A model generated the notes under the pieces. It saw only the letters and a list, made by a program, of their open reading frames with translations, did not search any database and was not told the DNA's origin. Below are positions 48,251 to 60,200 of a stretch of 64,000 bases of DNA, piece by piece. The DNA is from Felis catus (lineage: Eukaryota): contig NC_058383.1 of NCBI RefSeq assembly GCF_018350175.1, positions 19,036,001 through 19,100,000 on the forward strand, in the 5' to 3' direction. Every line of letters begins with the position of its first letter. Position 1 is the stretch's first letter. The translations under genes and the position numbers were made by a program.

Positions 48251-48499
48251 CGCGGGCCACCCCCCACCCCATCCACCTCCTCCCCGGGGACACGACTCGC
48301 CACCTTCCAGGGCTCAGGCCCCAGGCCTGGGGTTCCTCCTCGGAGCCTCGGTTCTCACATCCCCGTCTCGTCCGCTGGTGGGTCCTGCCGGCTCTTCATT
48401 CAGAATCCAGCCCCTGCTGATCAGGACCTGTGGCCCGTGCCCTGGCTCCCCTCCCCTGGACTAGGCCAGTAGCCCCTCCCCGGGCTCTCTGCTTCTGCC

Positions 48500-49100
48500 C
48501 CCTCGGCCCCCTGCTTTCCACCCAGGAGTGAAGCCGCAAGTCAGATCACCTCCCCACTCTGGGCAGGGCCCTCCTGTGCAGTGGGTCTCACTCAGATTCA
48601 GGGCCAACGACTTCCAGGGCCTGAGGCTGGCCGTGACGTGCCCACATGGCCTCTCTGACTCCACCCTCTTTCTCCTCTGCCTCACCGCAACAGCCTCTTT
48701 GCTGGCCCTTGAACAGGCCAACACCCTCCTGCCCCAGGGCCTTTGTACTTGCTGTTCCTGCCACCTGTGGACTCTTTCTCCCAGATGTCCGCAGGGCTCC
48801 CTCCCTTCTCAGGTGGGTCGGGGCCCAAATGGCCTCTTTCCCACGAGGCCTTCCCTGACCACGCCCTCTCAATCTGCGACCTCCCCGCCCCCTGCTCTTT
48901 CCTCCCACCTTATTCCCCCTCATTGCTGTCATCGCATTTACGCCCTACATAGCACCCTCACTTATCTTCTTTATTGTCTCTCTCCCCTGTCGCATGCCAG
49001 CTCCACGGAGGCAGGACTTGGTCCGTTTCACCGAACGCCACATTCTGGGACCGAGACGAACCGGTCCTTAGTAAGGGATCGATGACTATGTGCTGAATGC
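48500..49100 (+). mobile_element. L2 3' fragment
   Basis: AGTCAGATCAC, CAGGGCCTTTGTACTTGCTGTTCC, AGGCCTTCCCTGACCAC. Confidence 0.65.
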
Positions 49101-50162
49101 ATTTGGGATTCTAGGAACTTCTCTGAGCTCCTGTGTGCAGCGAGGGGCCCAGTGCTCTGTACCTGTCATTCCCACGGACTTGTCAGACACTCTTTCTTCG
49201 CCACCCCCTCTTCTGTTCTGCTCCTGGGAAACAGTGCTCCGTGGGGCCCCGTGAGGAGCCGGAGGGGCTCAGTGTGGTCATGGCCCCTGTTTGAATTCCA
49301 GGGCACCAGGTTCAGAACCATCTTTCGGGGATGCTACGACCTCGGGCCTCTGTGTTGCCCGCAGGACCCCGGCGGTTAAGCTCTTCTGGTATCAGGTGAC
49401 CGAAACTGACGCAAGGCGGGTTTCGTAGGGACTGCTGCCCCCTGCAGTGTCCGGGCGGAGATGCAACCACCAGGCCTGGCAGGTCAGGGCCAGGGCCACC
49501 AGGCTCCTGGAGGCTGGAGTTGATGGGTCCTCCCACCGGCAAAAATCCCGCAGGGGCCAGCCCAGAAACCCAAGAGTGCCATAGAGGAAGTGGCGGGGGG
49601 CTGTGGGGAGCTGGGGGCATCTCCCTCGGCTACAGGGGCAGCTGCTGAGCCCCAGACGACCATTCTCGTTGCAGGGTGGGGGCCCGCGTGGGGCCCCGTT
49701 GTCCATTTTGTCAAAACTCCCGGTTTTTATAGGAGATCTCTGGATTGTTAAAATTTGGGAACCGATTCAAGTAAAAAGAAGAGGGCCCCAAAGCAACCCC
49801 TTCTGAGGGGGCGAGTAAACTCTCCTCTCGCCAGTCGGCGATTTCTAGATCAGAGCTCTGCCAGTGACATGACTCGATTCCATGCCTGTTGGTTCTCGGT
49901 CCTGAGGATCTGACCGGACGGCGTGGTGCAGGTGGCCGAGGCTGGTCCAGTCTGCTGTGTGCTGGGAGGGGAGTCCAGTCCTGTGGGGCAGGGGAACCAG
50001 AACTTGGGGCCAGGGGAACGGATGGGGCTTGGGCAGACATTCCAAAGGGAGTGAACTCTGTTGGCCAGGAATCCTTGAGTCACTGCAAGCAAGAGAAACT
50101 CGTTTGAAATGGTCTTAAGCGAAACAAGGGAACTATGGTCTCTCTTTTTCTTAGATACTGAA

Positions 50163-50263
50163 TTTTTTTTTTTTTTTAATCTCTACACCAGACATGGGGC
50201 TCAAACTCACAACCCTGAGATCAAGAGTCACATGCTCTACCAACTGAACCAGCCAGGCGCCCC
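50163..50263 (-). mobile_element. Short older Can-SINE
   Basis: TAATCTCTACACC...GAGATCAAGAGTCACATGCTCTACCAACTGAACCAGCCAGGCGCCCC. Confidence 0.85.
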
Positions 50264-50291
50264 TGTGATCCCTCTTAGTAGAAAGTCTCGT

Positions 50292-50491
50292 GGGGCGCCT
50301 GGGTGGCTCAGTCGGTTGAGCGTCCGACTTCGGCTCCGGTCATGATCTCATGGTCCGTGAGTTCCAGCCCCGCGTCGGGCTCTGTGCTGATGGCTCAGAG
50401 CCTGGAGCCTGTTTCAGATTCTGTGTCTCCCTCTCTCTCTGACCCTCCCTCGTTCATGCTCTGTCTCTCTCTGTCTCAAAAATAAATAAAC

Positions 50492-50521
<30 letters not shown>
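50292..50521 (+). mobile_element. Felid SINE with (TAAA)n tail and perfect TSD TAGAAAGTCTCGT
   Basis: TSD copies at 50279-50291 and 50522-50534. Confidence 0.95.
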
Positions 50522-50523
<2 letters not shown>

Positions 50524-51567
50524 GAAAGTCTCGTAAGAAGAGCTCAGGTCCGTAGCGTGGCTGGGTCAAGCAGGGTTGTTGAGAATTTGTGTCTTTCCAG
50601 CCCTCGGCTCCGCCCTCCTCTGGGTTAGCTTCATTCTCAGGCTGACTCTCCTGAAAGCTTTGAGTTTACTTAACCTCTTGTCCTTCCAGGAACTTCCGTG
50701 GAAAAGTCCCTCCCGAACAGAACTCCCAGAACTGGTTCTCAGAGGACCAACTGGGTTATGTCCCCACCCCTGAACCAATCAGAGTGGCCCAAGGGGTTGG
50801 ACTGTGTGGGTTGGCCAGGCCTTGGTCCCTCCACGCTCACCCTTAGTCACGTGGTCACACCCCTGGGGCGGGAGAGGAGGACAGCTTTGCTTAAACCACG
50901 TGCTCTGAGAGTGAGAGAGGTGTGTAGCTGTTAGCTCTTGCTATGTAACGCTGCGTAACAACAACGGCCACACCTCAGCCACATACAGCTGCAGGCACTT
51001 GGCTCAGCTCGAGTCTGTAGCTCAGTGATTTGGGCTGGGCTGGGCTGGGCTCACTGCTGCGCGGTGGTTTGGCTGTGGGCCGGATGATGGGGGCCACTGG
51101 GCCTCTCATCCTTCACCGGGCTCGCTGGGGCGCGTTCTCGCGGTCGCGTCCGAGACGTGAAAGCTGGAGCCAGCCACGCCGCGAGAGTGCCTTTCAAGCC
51201 TCTGCACACATCGCGTGTGCTTGCTTACGTCCCGTTGGCCAAAGCCGGTCACCAGGCTGAGCCCGGAGCCGGTGTGTGGGGGGCGCTGCTGAGTCGTGAC
51301 GGCCAAGGGCACGGACACGTGGAAGGGTGACGCGTTGGGGCCATGAAAGCGATCACTGTTTCACAGACGTTCCTCAGACTCAGGGGGGCTGGCCCTAGGG
51401 AAAGGGGCGGTGGATGCCCGTCAGGTGAGAACAGAGATGCCCCTCCTCACACGCTTACGCAGCAGGGGTACATCTGGGAACCCAGAGAGTCTGTGGCCGT
51501 GCCCTTCATGCCTGGCCTCATTCTTTTAGCCAAGACGCTGTAGCTGTGCTTGAGTTCAGAGGTCCTT

Positions 51568-51762
51568 CTCCTTCCTTTCTTTTAACGTTTATTTATTTTT
51601 GAGCAGGGGGAGGGGCAGAGAGAGCGAGACAGAAGATCCCAAACAGGCTCCGGGACGACAGCACACAGCCCGATGCGGGGCTCGAACTCACAAACTGTGA
51701 GATCGTGACCTGAGCTGAAATCGAGAGTCAGGTGCTCAATGGACTGAGCCACCCACGCGCCC
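51568..51762 (-). mobile_element. Can-SINE with TSD TGAGTTCAGAGGT(C/T)CTT
   Basis: TSD copies at 51551-51567 and 51763-51779. Confidence 0.92.
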
Positions 51763-54498
51763 TGAGTTCAGAGGTTCTTAAATGTTTGGGGCTCTGAGGC
51801 TCCAGAAACCACGTGCCTGCATCCCAGGGAGAGGCATCCCCTAAACACACCCCTTGGTCCGTCCCTGGAGACCCGTCCCTCTGATTCTCCTGGTGTCCCC
51901 CAACTTTGCTATGCCCCAGTTTCTTCTAGGGAACCTGTTAAAATGCAGGGGCCCAGGGTCTTGCCCTTGGACTTTTTGCTTCATGGGTCCGGGAATCTGT
52001 ACTTCTAACCAGCTCCCCAGGGGTTTTGGAAGCACGGCGGGCGTGGGCACCCGTGTTCCGAGTCAGCCCTGTCATTTAGCATCTGGGACTGAGGCAGGCC
52101 TGGCGCTGGCTTCTGCAGAGTGTGGGGCGGGGCCGGCCCCCAGCTCTCTTATCTTCCGGGACCACCTTCCCCTCACCCTGCTCTGGCCGGCGGGCCCCCT
52201 GCATTTCTGGCCGCTCCAAGCTGATTTCCCACCTCAGGGCGTTCGCTCTTGCCATTCCCTCTCCTGGAAGTCTCTTCCTCTGTATCTCTAGGTCTCTGCT
52301 CTGCCCGCAGGCCTTCATCAAGCCCCGGCCCTGGCTGCTGTCTCGTCCGGAGGCTTCTTCTCTCCATCGCTGAGATGACCTTTTCGTTTATTTCTGTGCG
52401 CCTCTGCGATGTGTGTGTCTCATCCTAAAGTGAGCACCTCGGAGCAGATCAGAGACAGTGCTCAGCTTCCCACTGCGGTGCCCCAGGAGCAGATCGCAGC
52501 CGTCCTGAGGACGCGACAAAATCCCTTTGGATCGGAGAGCTGACACCCAGTGTCTCACCGCCCCGGGAATGTGTGCGCTGCCTTGGAAGCGCTCAAACCA
52601 AAACGGATCACTGAGGGCTGCCGGGAGGGCCAGGCTGTGTGTGAGTCAGGGGGAGCAGAGGCAGCCAGACCGCCCTCTCCGCCCGTGGGGAGCGCCCATG
52701 GCTCCCCAGGCCTGTCCTGTGGTTTGGCTGGCGAGGCTGGTGGAGACAGTGGTTTAGAACGCGGCAAGCAGGGGTTTTTCCTCTTCCGAGTTTTCAGCGG
52801 AAGCATGGTCCTCGGTTTCTGCTTCTGAAAAGTGGGGCTAATGATGGTACCAAGCTCTGGGATTGGTTCTTTCCAGGGATTCCTGGTTGATATTGACTCA
52901 GTATCTCTGACCCCAAACAGTCCCTCGGCTCCAAAAACAGGGGAGCTGAACTGTAGAATTGGATGGCGATGCTGGCGACGTGTGGAAGGTGGCCTGGCCC
53001 CAAGCTGCCCAGACTGTTTGGATAAGTTGGTTATAGGATGTAGGGCCTGCCCCCTTCCCTGCTGGTGGGGTCCCGAGGGCCGGGTCTGTGCTCCAGCCTC
53101 AGGGAGCAGAGCTGGGGGGGACGGCCCGTGGCTGTGGGGGCCTTGTCCTGTGTCCCAGCCTTCCAGGCAGTGGGTCCACGGTGACACTGGACCGGGATGG
53201 CGACAGGAAGGTAGAGTGGGGTGGAGAGAGGCAGAGCGAGACAAAGGGACACAGAGGGAGAGAGACACGGACCCGGGGACACGCACAGATGCACACGCAG
53301 ACACAGACACGCGTGCACAAACCTACCTGACAAGGGGGGAGTGGGCCTGAGGAGCTGCAGGGGAGAGGCCGAGGGGAGCCTGAGACAGCCCGGGGAGGCA
53401 GGAAGGGGCCCATATGGCCCTTTCTCTGCTGTTTTCCCCGAGCCCTGGAACGTGCGGCTCTGCCTGGGGCGGCCCTTCCAGGCCTTCTGCCCTTGGCCCT
53501 GGGCGCGTGGGGAAAGCAAGGCAGCCGGCCAGACCCTCACCCACTCTCCCTCCTTCCCCCGCCCTTGTCCTATTGGTGGCAGTGGGCAGCTTGGTGTTGG
53601 GGGGCTTCAGCTCATCCCGGCTCCCCGGGCCTCTCCAAACTGTCCCGTTATTTTTATCAGTCGTTCACAGTCTAGGAAACTCAGGATGTGGGAGGCGGCT
53701 TCTCGGCAAGCCAGCTGGATCTGTGCCCTGTCGCCTGTGGGACACACTTGTGGATCCTGCACTCCCCTCTGTCCGTGTCCATTTGTCCTTCCTTCTCCCC
53801 GGGGCCTCTCTCCACCCTGCGCTCTCTGCCGGGGGGTCCAGTTCTGGAAAAGGGGAGGGAGAGGCTTAACTCCCTGCTCCTGTCTGTCCCCTGCCCCCCC
53901 ACCAGCTGCCAGACTTGTCCCCCCTCCCCGCACCCCCCTCCTTGCCTCGTGAGAGCTCTTCTGGGTGGTTCTGGAAGAAGCACAGAGGTAGAGAGACCCT
54001 CCCCAGAGCACAGTTGGGAGGGGTGGACACAAGTCTCGCCGTCACCCCTCGGCAGATGCCTCCACTTGGAGGTTTGAAGGGAACGAACAAACCCCAAACC
54101 AACCACTTGCTTTCCTGCCCTCACCAGCAGGGGGCGGGCTGGGTCATGCTGCCATAACCACCTGCAAATCTGGGAAGGTTCAAACAACCTGCGGGGGTGG
54201 GGGGGCGGGCTGTGTGTTTCACGCTGTCCTCATCAGGGACCCAGATAAAAGAGGCTCCACCTCCAGGCTGCCATGGCTGCTGAGGCCAGAGAGGGGGATG
54301 GGTTTCTGCCTCGAAATGGCACCTGCCATTTGGTCAAAGCAAATCCCATGGTCGCATCTAACATCCTCGGGGGGCTGGAGGACTGCAGTCTTATCATGGG
54401 CCTAGGAAGCGGGGAGCCAGGAAGATTGGTGGCCGCAGGAATGGCTACTGCACCCTCACCCTGCCCTTCTCAGCCCCATCTCAACAAATGACCGCATG

Positions 54499-54522
54499 CA
54501 CACACACACACACACACACACA
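54499..54522. repeat. (CA)12 microsatellite
   Basis: Direct count. Confidence 0.9.
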
Positions 54523-54529
54523 CGTTCAA

Positions 54530-55060
54530 TCGATCGGCAAATCCTATTGGCTTCTTTTAAAAACACATCCAGAGTCCAGCCATTTCTTGCCCTCCCTCTG
54601 CCACCACGACTGAGCCAACACCATCCCTCGCCTGGATGACTCCAGAACCCCCCTCACTGGTCTTCTGGCCTCTCCTTGTCCCCCATAGTCTGCTGAGGGG
54701 GGCCTGTGCACCTTGGATGACGTCCTTCCAATGGCCTCATCTCACTTGGGTAAAGCCAAAGGGCTCCTAGCGGTTGCAGAACCTGACATGAGTTGTTCTA
54801 TCGTCCTGCTACATTCCCACTCGCTTCCTCTTTCGGGCTTTGGCACAAACACTCCCCAGGCATGCCTCTCTGCCTCAGGGCCTTTGCACTTACAGTTTCC
54901 TCAGTCTGAGCACTCTTTCCCAGATTCCCACTCCCTCGCTTTAATAAAATGCCCCCTTTTGTGTGATCACCCTCACTGTGACCCCCACTCCCAGAACCCC
55001 CTCTTCTACCACTCAGCTTAATTTGTTTTTCATAACACTTCTCCCTGCTGACACTCACTG
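54530..55060 (+). mobile_element. L2 fragment
   Basis: AAATCCTATTGGCT, CCTCACTGGTCTTC, CTCAGGGCCTTTGCACTT. Confidence 0.6.
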
Positions 55061-55725
55061 ACATCAAATGCCCCGGTGACATGTGGCCCCGGCTCTGAGA
55101 ATCGCGAGCTACCTCGACTCTGTTTTATGGACAAGGACACTCAGTCTCTGCAGGGAAAGGACCTCCTTGACACCACGGCCCACCACTTGCAGAGCTGGCG
55201 CCGGGACCCAGGCTTTTCCCCTTGGCCCTGGCTTCCAGGTGCTGGTCCTCGATTATCCCTTAAAGATCCGCAGACCCAGTTATTTAAAAATAGCCCTTCC
55301 CCGGCCCCCCAGAAGCCACATTTCCTGGGATGGGTAAGAAGTGAACAGTTGGCATTAGTCTGAAGGAAGCCTCATGTTTTCACTGACTTTTGTGAGCATC
55401 TAGTACATGCTACGTTTTGTCTATCATTGCAGGGGTGATAGCAGGTAACAAGATAGAGGCAGCTTTTAATCTCCTGGAGATCACATTCTAGGGCAGAAAG
55501 ACCGACAAGAGGTTGTGTATACATTTGTGCATTGTTCTGAGGATTACTGAGCCCCTACTAAGGCCACTGTCTTCACAAAACAAAGGCCTTGTCTTCACAG
55601 AGCTGACATCCGAAGCGGGATAGACCATAAGAATGGGTTTATTGGTGATCCCGGCTCATGTGGCCCCAGATTGAGGCCAGAATGACCCTGGGACTCCGAA
55701 AACAACTGGATTCCCTGTGGGAGTG

Positions 55726-55973
55726 AAGGCTGATGGGAGCAAAGGCTGATGGGAGCAAAGGCTGATGGGAGCGAAGGCTGATGGGAGCAAAGGCTGATGG
55801 GAGCGAAGGCTGATGGGTTTGAAGGCTGATGGGAGCGAAGGCTGATGGGAGCAAAGGCTGATGGGAGCGAAGGCTGATGGGTTTGAAGGCTGATGGGTTT
55901 GAAGGCTGATGGGAGCGAAGGCTGATGGGTGCAAAGGCTGATGGGTGTGAAGGCTGATGGGAGCGAAGGCTGA
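55726..55973. repeat. 16-bp minisatellite AAGGCTGATGGG(AGCA/AGCG/TTTG/TGCA/TGTG), 15.5 copies
   Basis: Units counted at exact 16-bp spacing. Confidence 0.97.
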
Positions 55974-56480
55974 CTTGCTTTTTCCATTTGTGTTCTTGCT
56001 TGTGCAAGCCAGACACACCTCTGTGACTTTTCAAACCTGCTTTTCATTTTCCCTCTAAAGGTGGTGGAGTAAAATTTTGAGACCCATGGTCATCTTTCCA
56101 TACGTGAACCCTCCACGGCCATGTTGTTCTGGACCTTGAAGTATTTTCTGGGATAGTTCTCCCCGTCTTCAAAGATTTATTCTCCTTTGTAAGATGAGAT
56201 TATTTGGAAGGATTTTCTGGAAGGTTTCTTGTCTTCTTTGGTCTTCATTCATTTATTATTCATTCACTTGTTCATTCAACCCATTTACTGAGGTTTTCCT
56301 CTGCTAGGCACCAGGAATACTGGCGAATGTGGTGAATAAGGTCCTTGCTCACAAGGAGCTCACATCCCAGTGGAGAGAGAGAAAATAGATCAGTTAATAA
56401 AATAATAATAGATAATCCAGTAATTCCGTATAGACATAGTGCTATGAAATAGAATCGTGCGGTGGCACTTGAAGGTGGTG

Positions 56481-56596
56481 TTTTTTTCTTTTATTTTTTA
56501 AGTAGGCTCTACTTCCAATGCCCGTGACTGTGAGATCAAGACCTGAGCTGAGATCAAGAGTTGGACTCTCAACTGAATGAGCCACCCAGACGCCCC
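56481..56596 (-). mobile_element. Short, internally deleted Can-SINE
   Basis: GAGATCAAGACCTGAGCTGAGATCAAGAG...GAGCCACCCAGACGCCCC. Confidence 0.8.
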
Positions 56597-56739
56597 AAGG
56601 GTGGAGTTTCTGATGGGGTGTCATGGAAACTTCTATTTGAAGTGAGACCTGGATGACCAGAGGGAGGGAGCAGTCTGGGGGCGAGTAGCATTCTGGGCAG
56701 AATTAGTCTGTCCTTAGTAATGGGTCACCTCAGTTTTCT

Positions 56740-57198
56740 TTTCTTTTTCTTTTTCTTTATTTATTTAAAAAATTTTTAAGTTTTATTTATTTGAGAGAGA
56801 GAGAGCACACAAGAGAGCACACAAACGGGGGAGGGACAGAGACAAGGAGAGACAGAATCCTAAGCAGGCTTCTTGCTGTCAACCCAGAGCCCAATTTGGG
56901 GCTTGAATTCATGAACCGTGAGATCATGATCTTAGCCGAGACCAAGAGTCTGATGCTTAACTCACTATGCCACTGATGCACCCCTCTTTTTAAAAAACGT
57001 TTACTTATTTTTGAGAGAGAGAGAGAGAGTGCTCACAAGTGAGTGGGGAGGGGCAGAGAGAGAGAGGGGGACAGAGGATCCAAAGCGGGCTGTGAGCTGA
57101 CAGCAGAAAGTCTGATGTGGGGCTTGAACTCAGGAACCATGAGATCATGATCTGAGCTGAAGTCAGATGCTTAACTGACTAAACCACCCAGGCTCCCC
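56740..57198 (-). mobile_element. Two tandem Can-SINEs inside one TSD TCACCTCAGTTTTCT
   Basis: TSD copies at 56725-56739 and 57199-57213; junction near 56985. Confidence 0.9.
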
Positions 57199-57219
57199 TC
57201 ACCTCAGTTTTCTACTTAC

Positions 57220-60200
57220 CAAGTTAATTTTCTGTGAGTTGCATTTTCTTGGAAAATTATTTATCAAGAGTTTTGAACTTACTTGGATAACTTAGCACAG
57301 TATTTCCTTATGATTAAAAGGAAAAGCCTTCCTTTGATTAATTTTCTTTTTGTACTCCTAATCCTGTGTATTTGTGTTTCCTCCCCTTCTCTTAGTTTTC
57401 TTGCTGGAGTCTGCTGATTATGATAGGGGCCCTGGTGGAAACTGCTTTTCAGACCCTCCAGAAAATGCAGCCTGGCTTGAAATCTTTACAGGGGATCTGT
57501 GCTAAGATGTCACACTGGAAGCCCTGATAATTTGTTCCCCCTTTTTTCAGCCCAGGTCTTGCTAGGCTGTTTCATGGTCCCTCCCTTCCTCCCCTCCTCC
57601 CTGCCCATGGTTAAGAATCCATTCTCCTATATTTATCAATACTGTTTAAGTTTTCAAATATGGTCTGTTTTCCTTTGGCTTAGGTTTTTGAGGTTTGTTA
57701 GCATTTTCAAATATTTGAGTTGAAAACTTTGTCTCCATAGTTAAAACAAAAAATGGATGCCTTTAACGCTATGAGTTTGCCTCTGAGCCTCACTTTGGCC
57801 CTATCTTCTGAATTTTGAAATGCAGTGCTTTCTTTGAAATGATTTTCTAAAAATTCTGAAGTTACAATTTTGTCTCTAGCAGTTCTGAAACTTCAGAATA
57901 ATCCAAGTATAATCCAAGAATAGTTTAGTACAGCATTAAAAGGTTCCCAGTGCTTTGACTTACTTAAATTTTTGCCATCAATTTCTAGTTTTACTGAATG
58001 ATAGAGAAAGTGGCCTGTGAAATTTCTGCTTCATATTTAAAAAATTTTTCTTTGTAAATGTTTTGGTAAATGTCCCTGAAAAAAAAAAAAAAAAAACAGG
58101 GAAGTTCCCTGTGTGTAGGGTAAAGCAGCTTTATAGATAGTGTTATTCAAGGACTGTCTTGTTTATTTCTCTTGGCTCTCTTGCTCTGCCAAAGTTGGAT
58201 AAAGTAGGTCGAAGTCTTTCCCTTCCATAGAATTCTTTCCATTTTGACTTGTGTTTCGGATAGTTTTTGTTTTTATAAAGTTTGATTCTCTGTTATTCAT
58301 CACAAAACGATTCGTGACAGTTATATTTTCATTGTGAGATTGTGGATTTTATCTTTTGTCAAGATAAAATGACTATTTTCCCCCAGTGAATGCTTTTTGC
58401 TTTGGATTCTAGGTTTTCATATTTTAATATTGCTATCTCAGCTTTGTTTTGTTTGTGTCCTCTTGATGTGTCTCTTTCCAGCCTTTTCATTTTAACCTCC
58501 CATGTCTTTCTGTTAGGTGCATATCTGACAAGAGCAATATGGTTAGATTCTGTCTTCTGGACAACTGGAGCATCTCAACTGAATAACATTTATAAACACA
58601 TTTGATCTCATTTCTCTTTTTTTGTTGAATGCTTCCAATTTTTTAGAACTTTTTCTTCATCTTTTCCTATACGGGTTAGATTTTGTTCCTTTTTTCTTTA
58701 CTAATGACTTAAAAATATATGCATGCTACTGTTAATTCCATTTTTAATACTTGGACTCCTATTTCTCTGATAATGATGCAGAGTGATATAACATATAGTG
58801 CCTTTTTTCGAAATCTGCTTTTCACTTGTATTTGTAACAACAATTGCAGTGTGGTCCTTTGCTGACCTGGTTTCAGTGCTAATTACAAGTCCCTTTAGTT
58901 TACTTTCCCCTCTGTTTTTGTTCATATGTTGGGTAGATTTGAATGCGAGGTATGACAGCCACCAATGGTGTGCTGGGTCCTATGCTAGATGCTGGGATAT
59001 AATCTAGGTAGGTTCCTGCCCTCATGGAACTTCTAGTTGTGTATGTGTGTGCATGTCCATGTGCCCTCATATATGAGTGTGTGTGAATAATACACAAGTA
59101 AGCAAACCCAACCCCTCAGAGGAGGGACGTCTAGTTGAGACTTCAAGAATGAGAAGAAGTTAACCATGGGCAGATGGAGGACATGGCATGTGCAGAGCCT
59201 CTGTGTAGTGACAGAGCTTGGCGAGCGGGTAGAAGGAAGACAGATGTGGCTGGAGTATAGTGAGCCAGGAAAGTGATGTAGGAAAAGTGGGAGAGGCAGC
59301 AGAGACAAGGGCAGAGCTTTGTAGGTGTGGAGGGGTGGGGCTTGGTCCTTAATGCACATGATCTACTTCTCAGCTCTTAAAGAAAACAAGAAAAAACAAA
59401 CATTAAGAATAGCTTTCCTTGGCCTTTGGATACGGATGATACTATGGCTGGGTATAGAATCCACAGGTTTAAATCTTTTCCCTCAGCATCCTGTGGGCAT
59501 CACTCTATGCTTTCTGGCATCTAGTGTTGAGGAAGAGATGCCTAAAGTCAGCATAATTTTTCCTTTGTAGGCATCACTTTCCTCCCTGAATTCTTGTATG
59601 ATTTTTTCTTCATTTATCTACAATATAGAGAATTTCATCACGGAATTTATAAATGTTGATTTTTTTTTTTTAATTTGCTGGGTAGGTGTTGTGATCAGCT
59701 TAAGGAGGCTTGATTTGCATTATTTTTTTTCAATTATTTCTACTATTCCATTTGTTCTAAGCTTTGTTGCAAGAAGGCCACTTTTTTTTTTATGAGATTG
59801 GTTTCTGTTCTCTGACCTCTATGTCTATTATTTTCTCTCTCTCATAATTTTAATGTTCTCTTTGTCTCATTCTTTTGGAATTTACCCTGCTTGGTGTTCT
59901 CTGAGATGCCTGGACCCGTGGTTTGGTGTCTGACATTAATTTGGGAAATTCTCAGTCATTATTGTTTCAGACATTATTGTTTCCTCTCTCCCCTTTTCCC
60001 CTCTTTCCATCACACATATGTTACACCTTTTATAGTTGTCCCACTATCCTTGGATATTCTGTACTATCTTTTTTCCTTTCTTCTTTTTCTTTTTTTTTTT
60101 TTTTCTTTTTTTGCTTTTCAGTTTTGGAGGTTTCTGTTGAAATATCCTCATGCTTAGAGATTCTCTCCTTAGCCATGTCCAGTCTGTTCATCAGCTTATC

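Noticed and set aside
55726..55973. CRISPR-like appearance (constant core plus variable linker) and repetitive ORFs
   Set aside because: Linkers are 4 bp and recurrent, no cas genes, mammalian context; this is a minisatellite.
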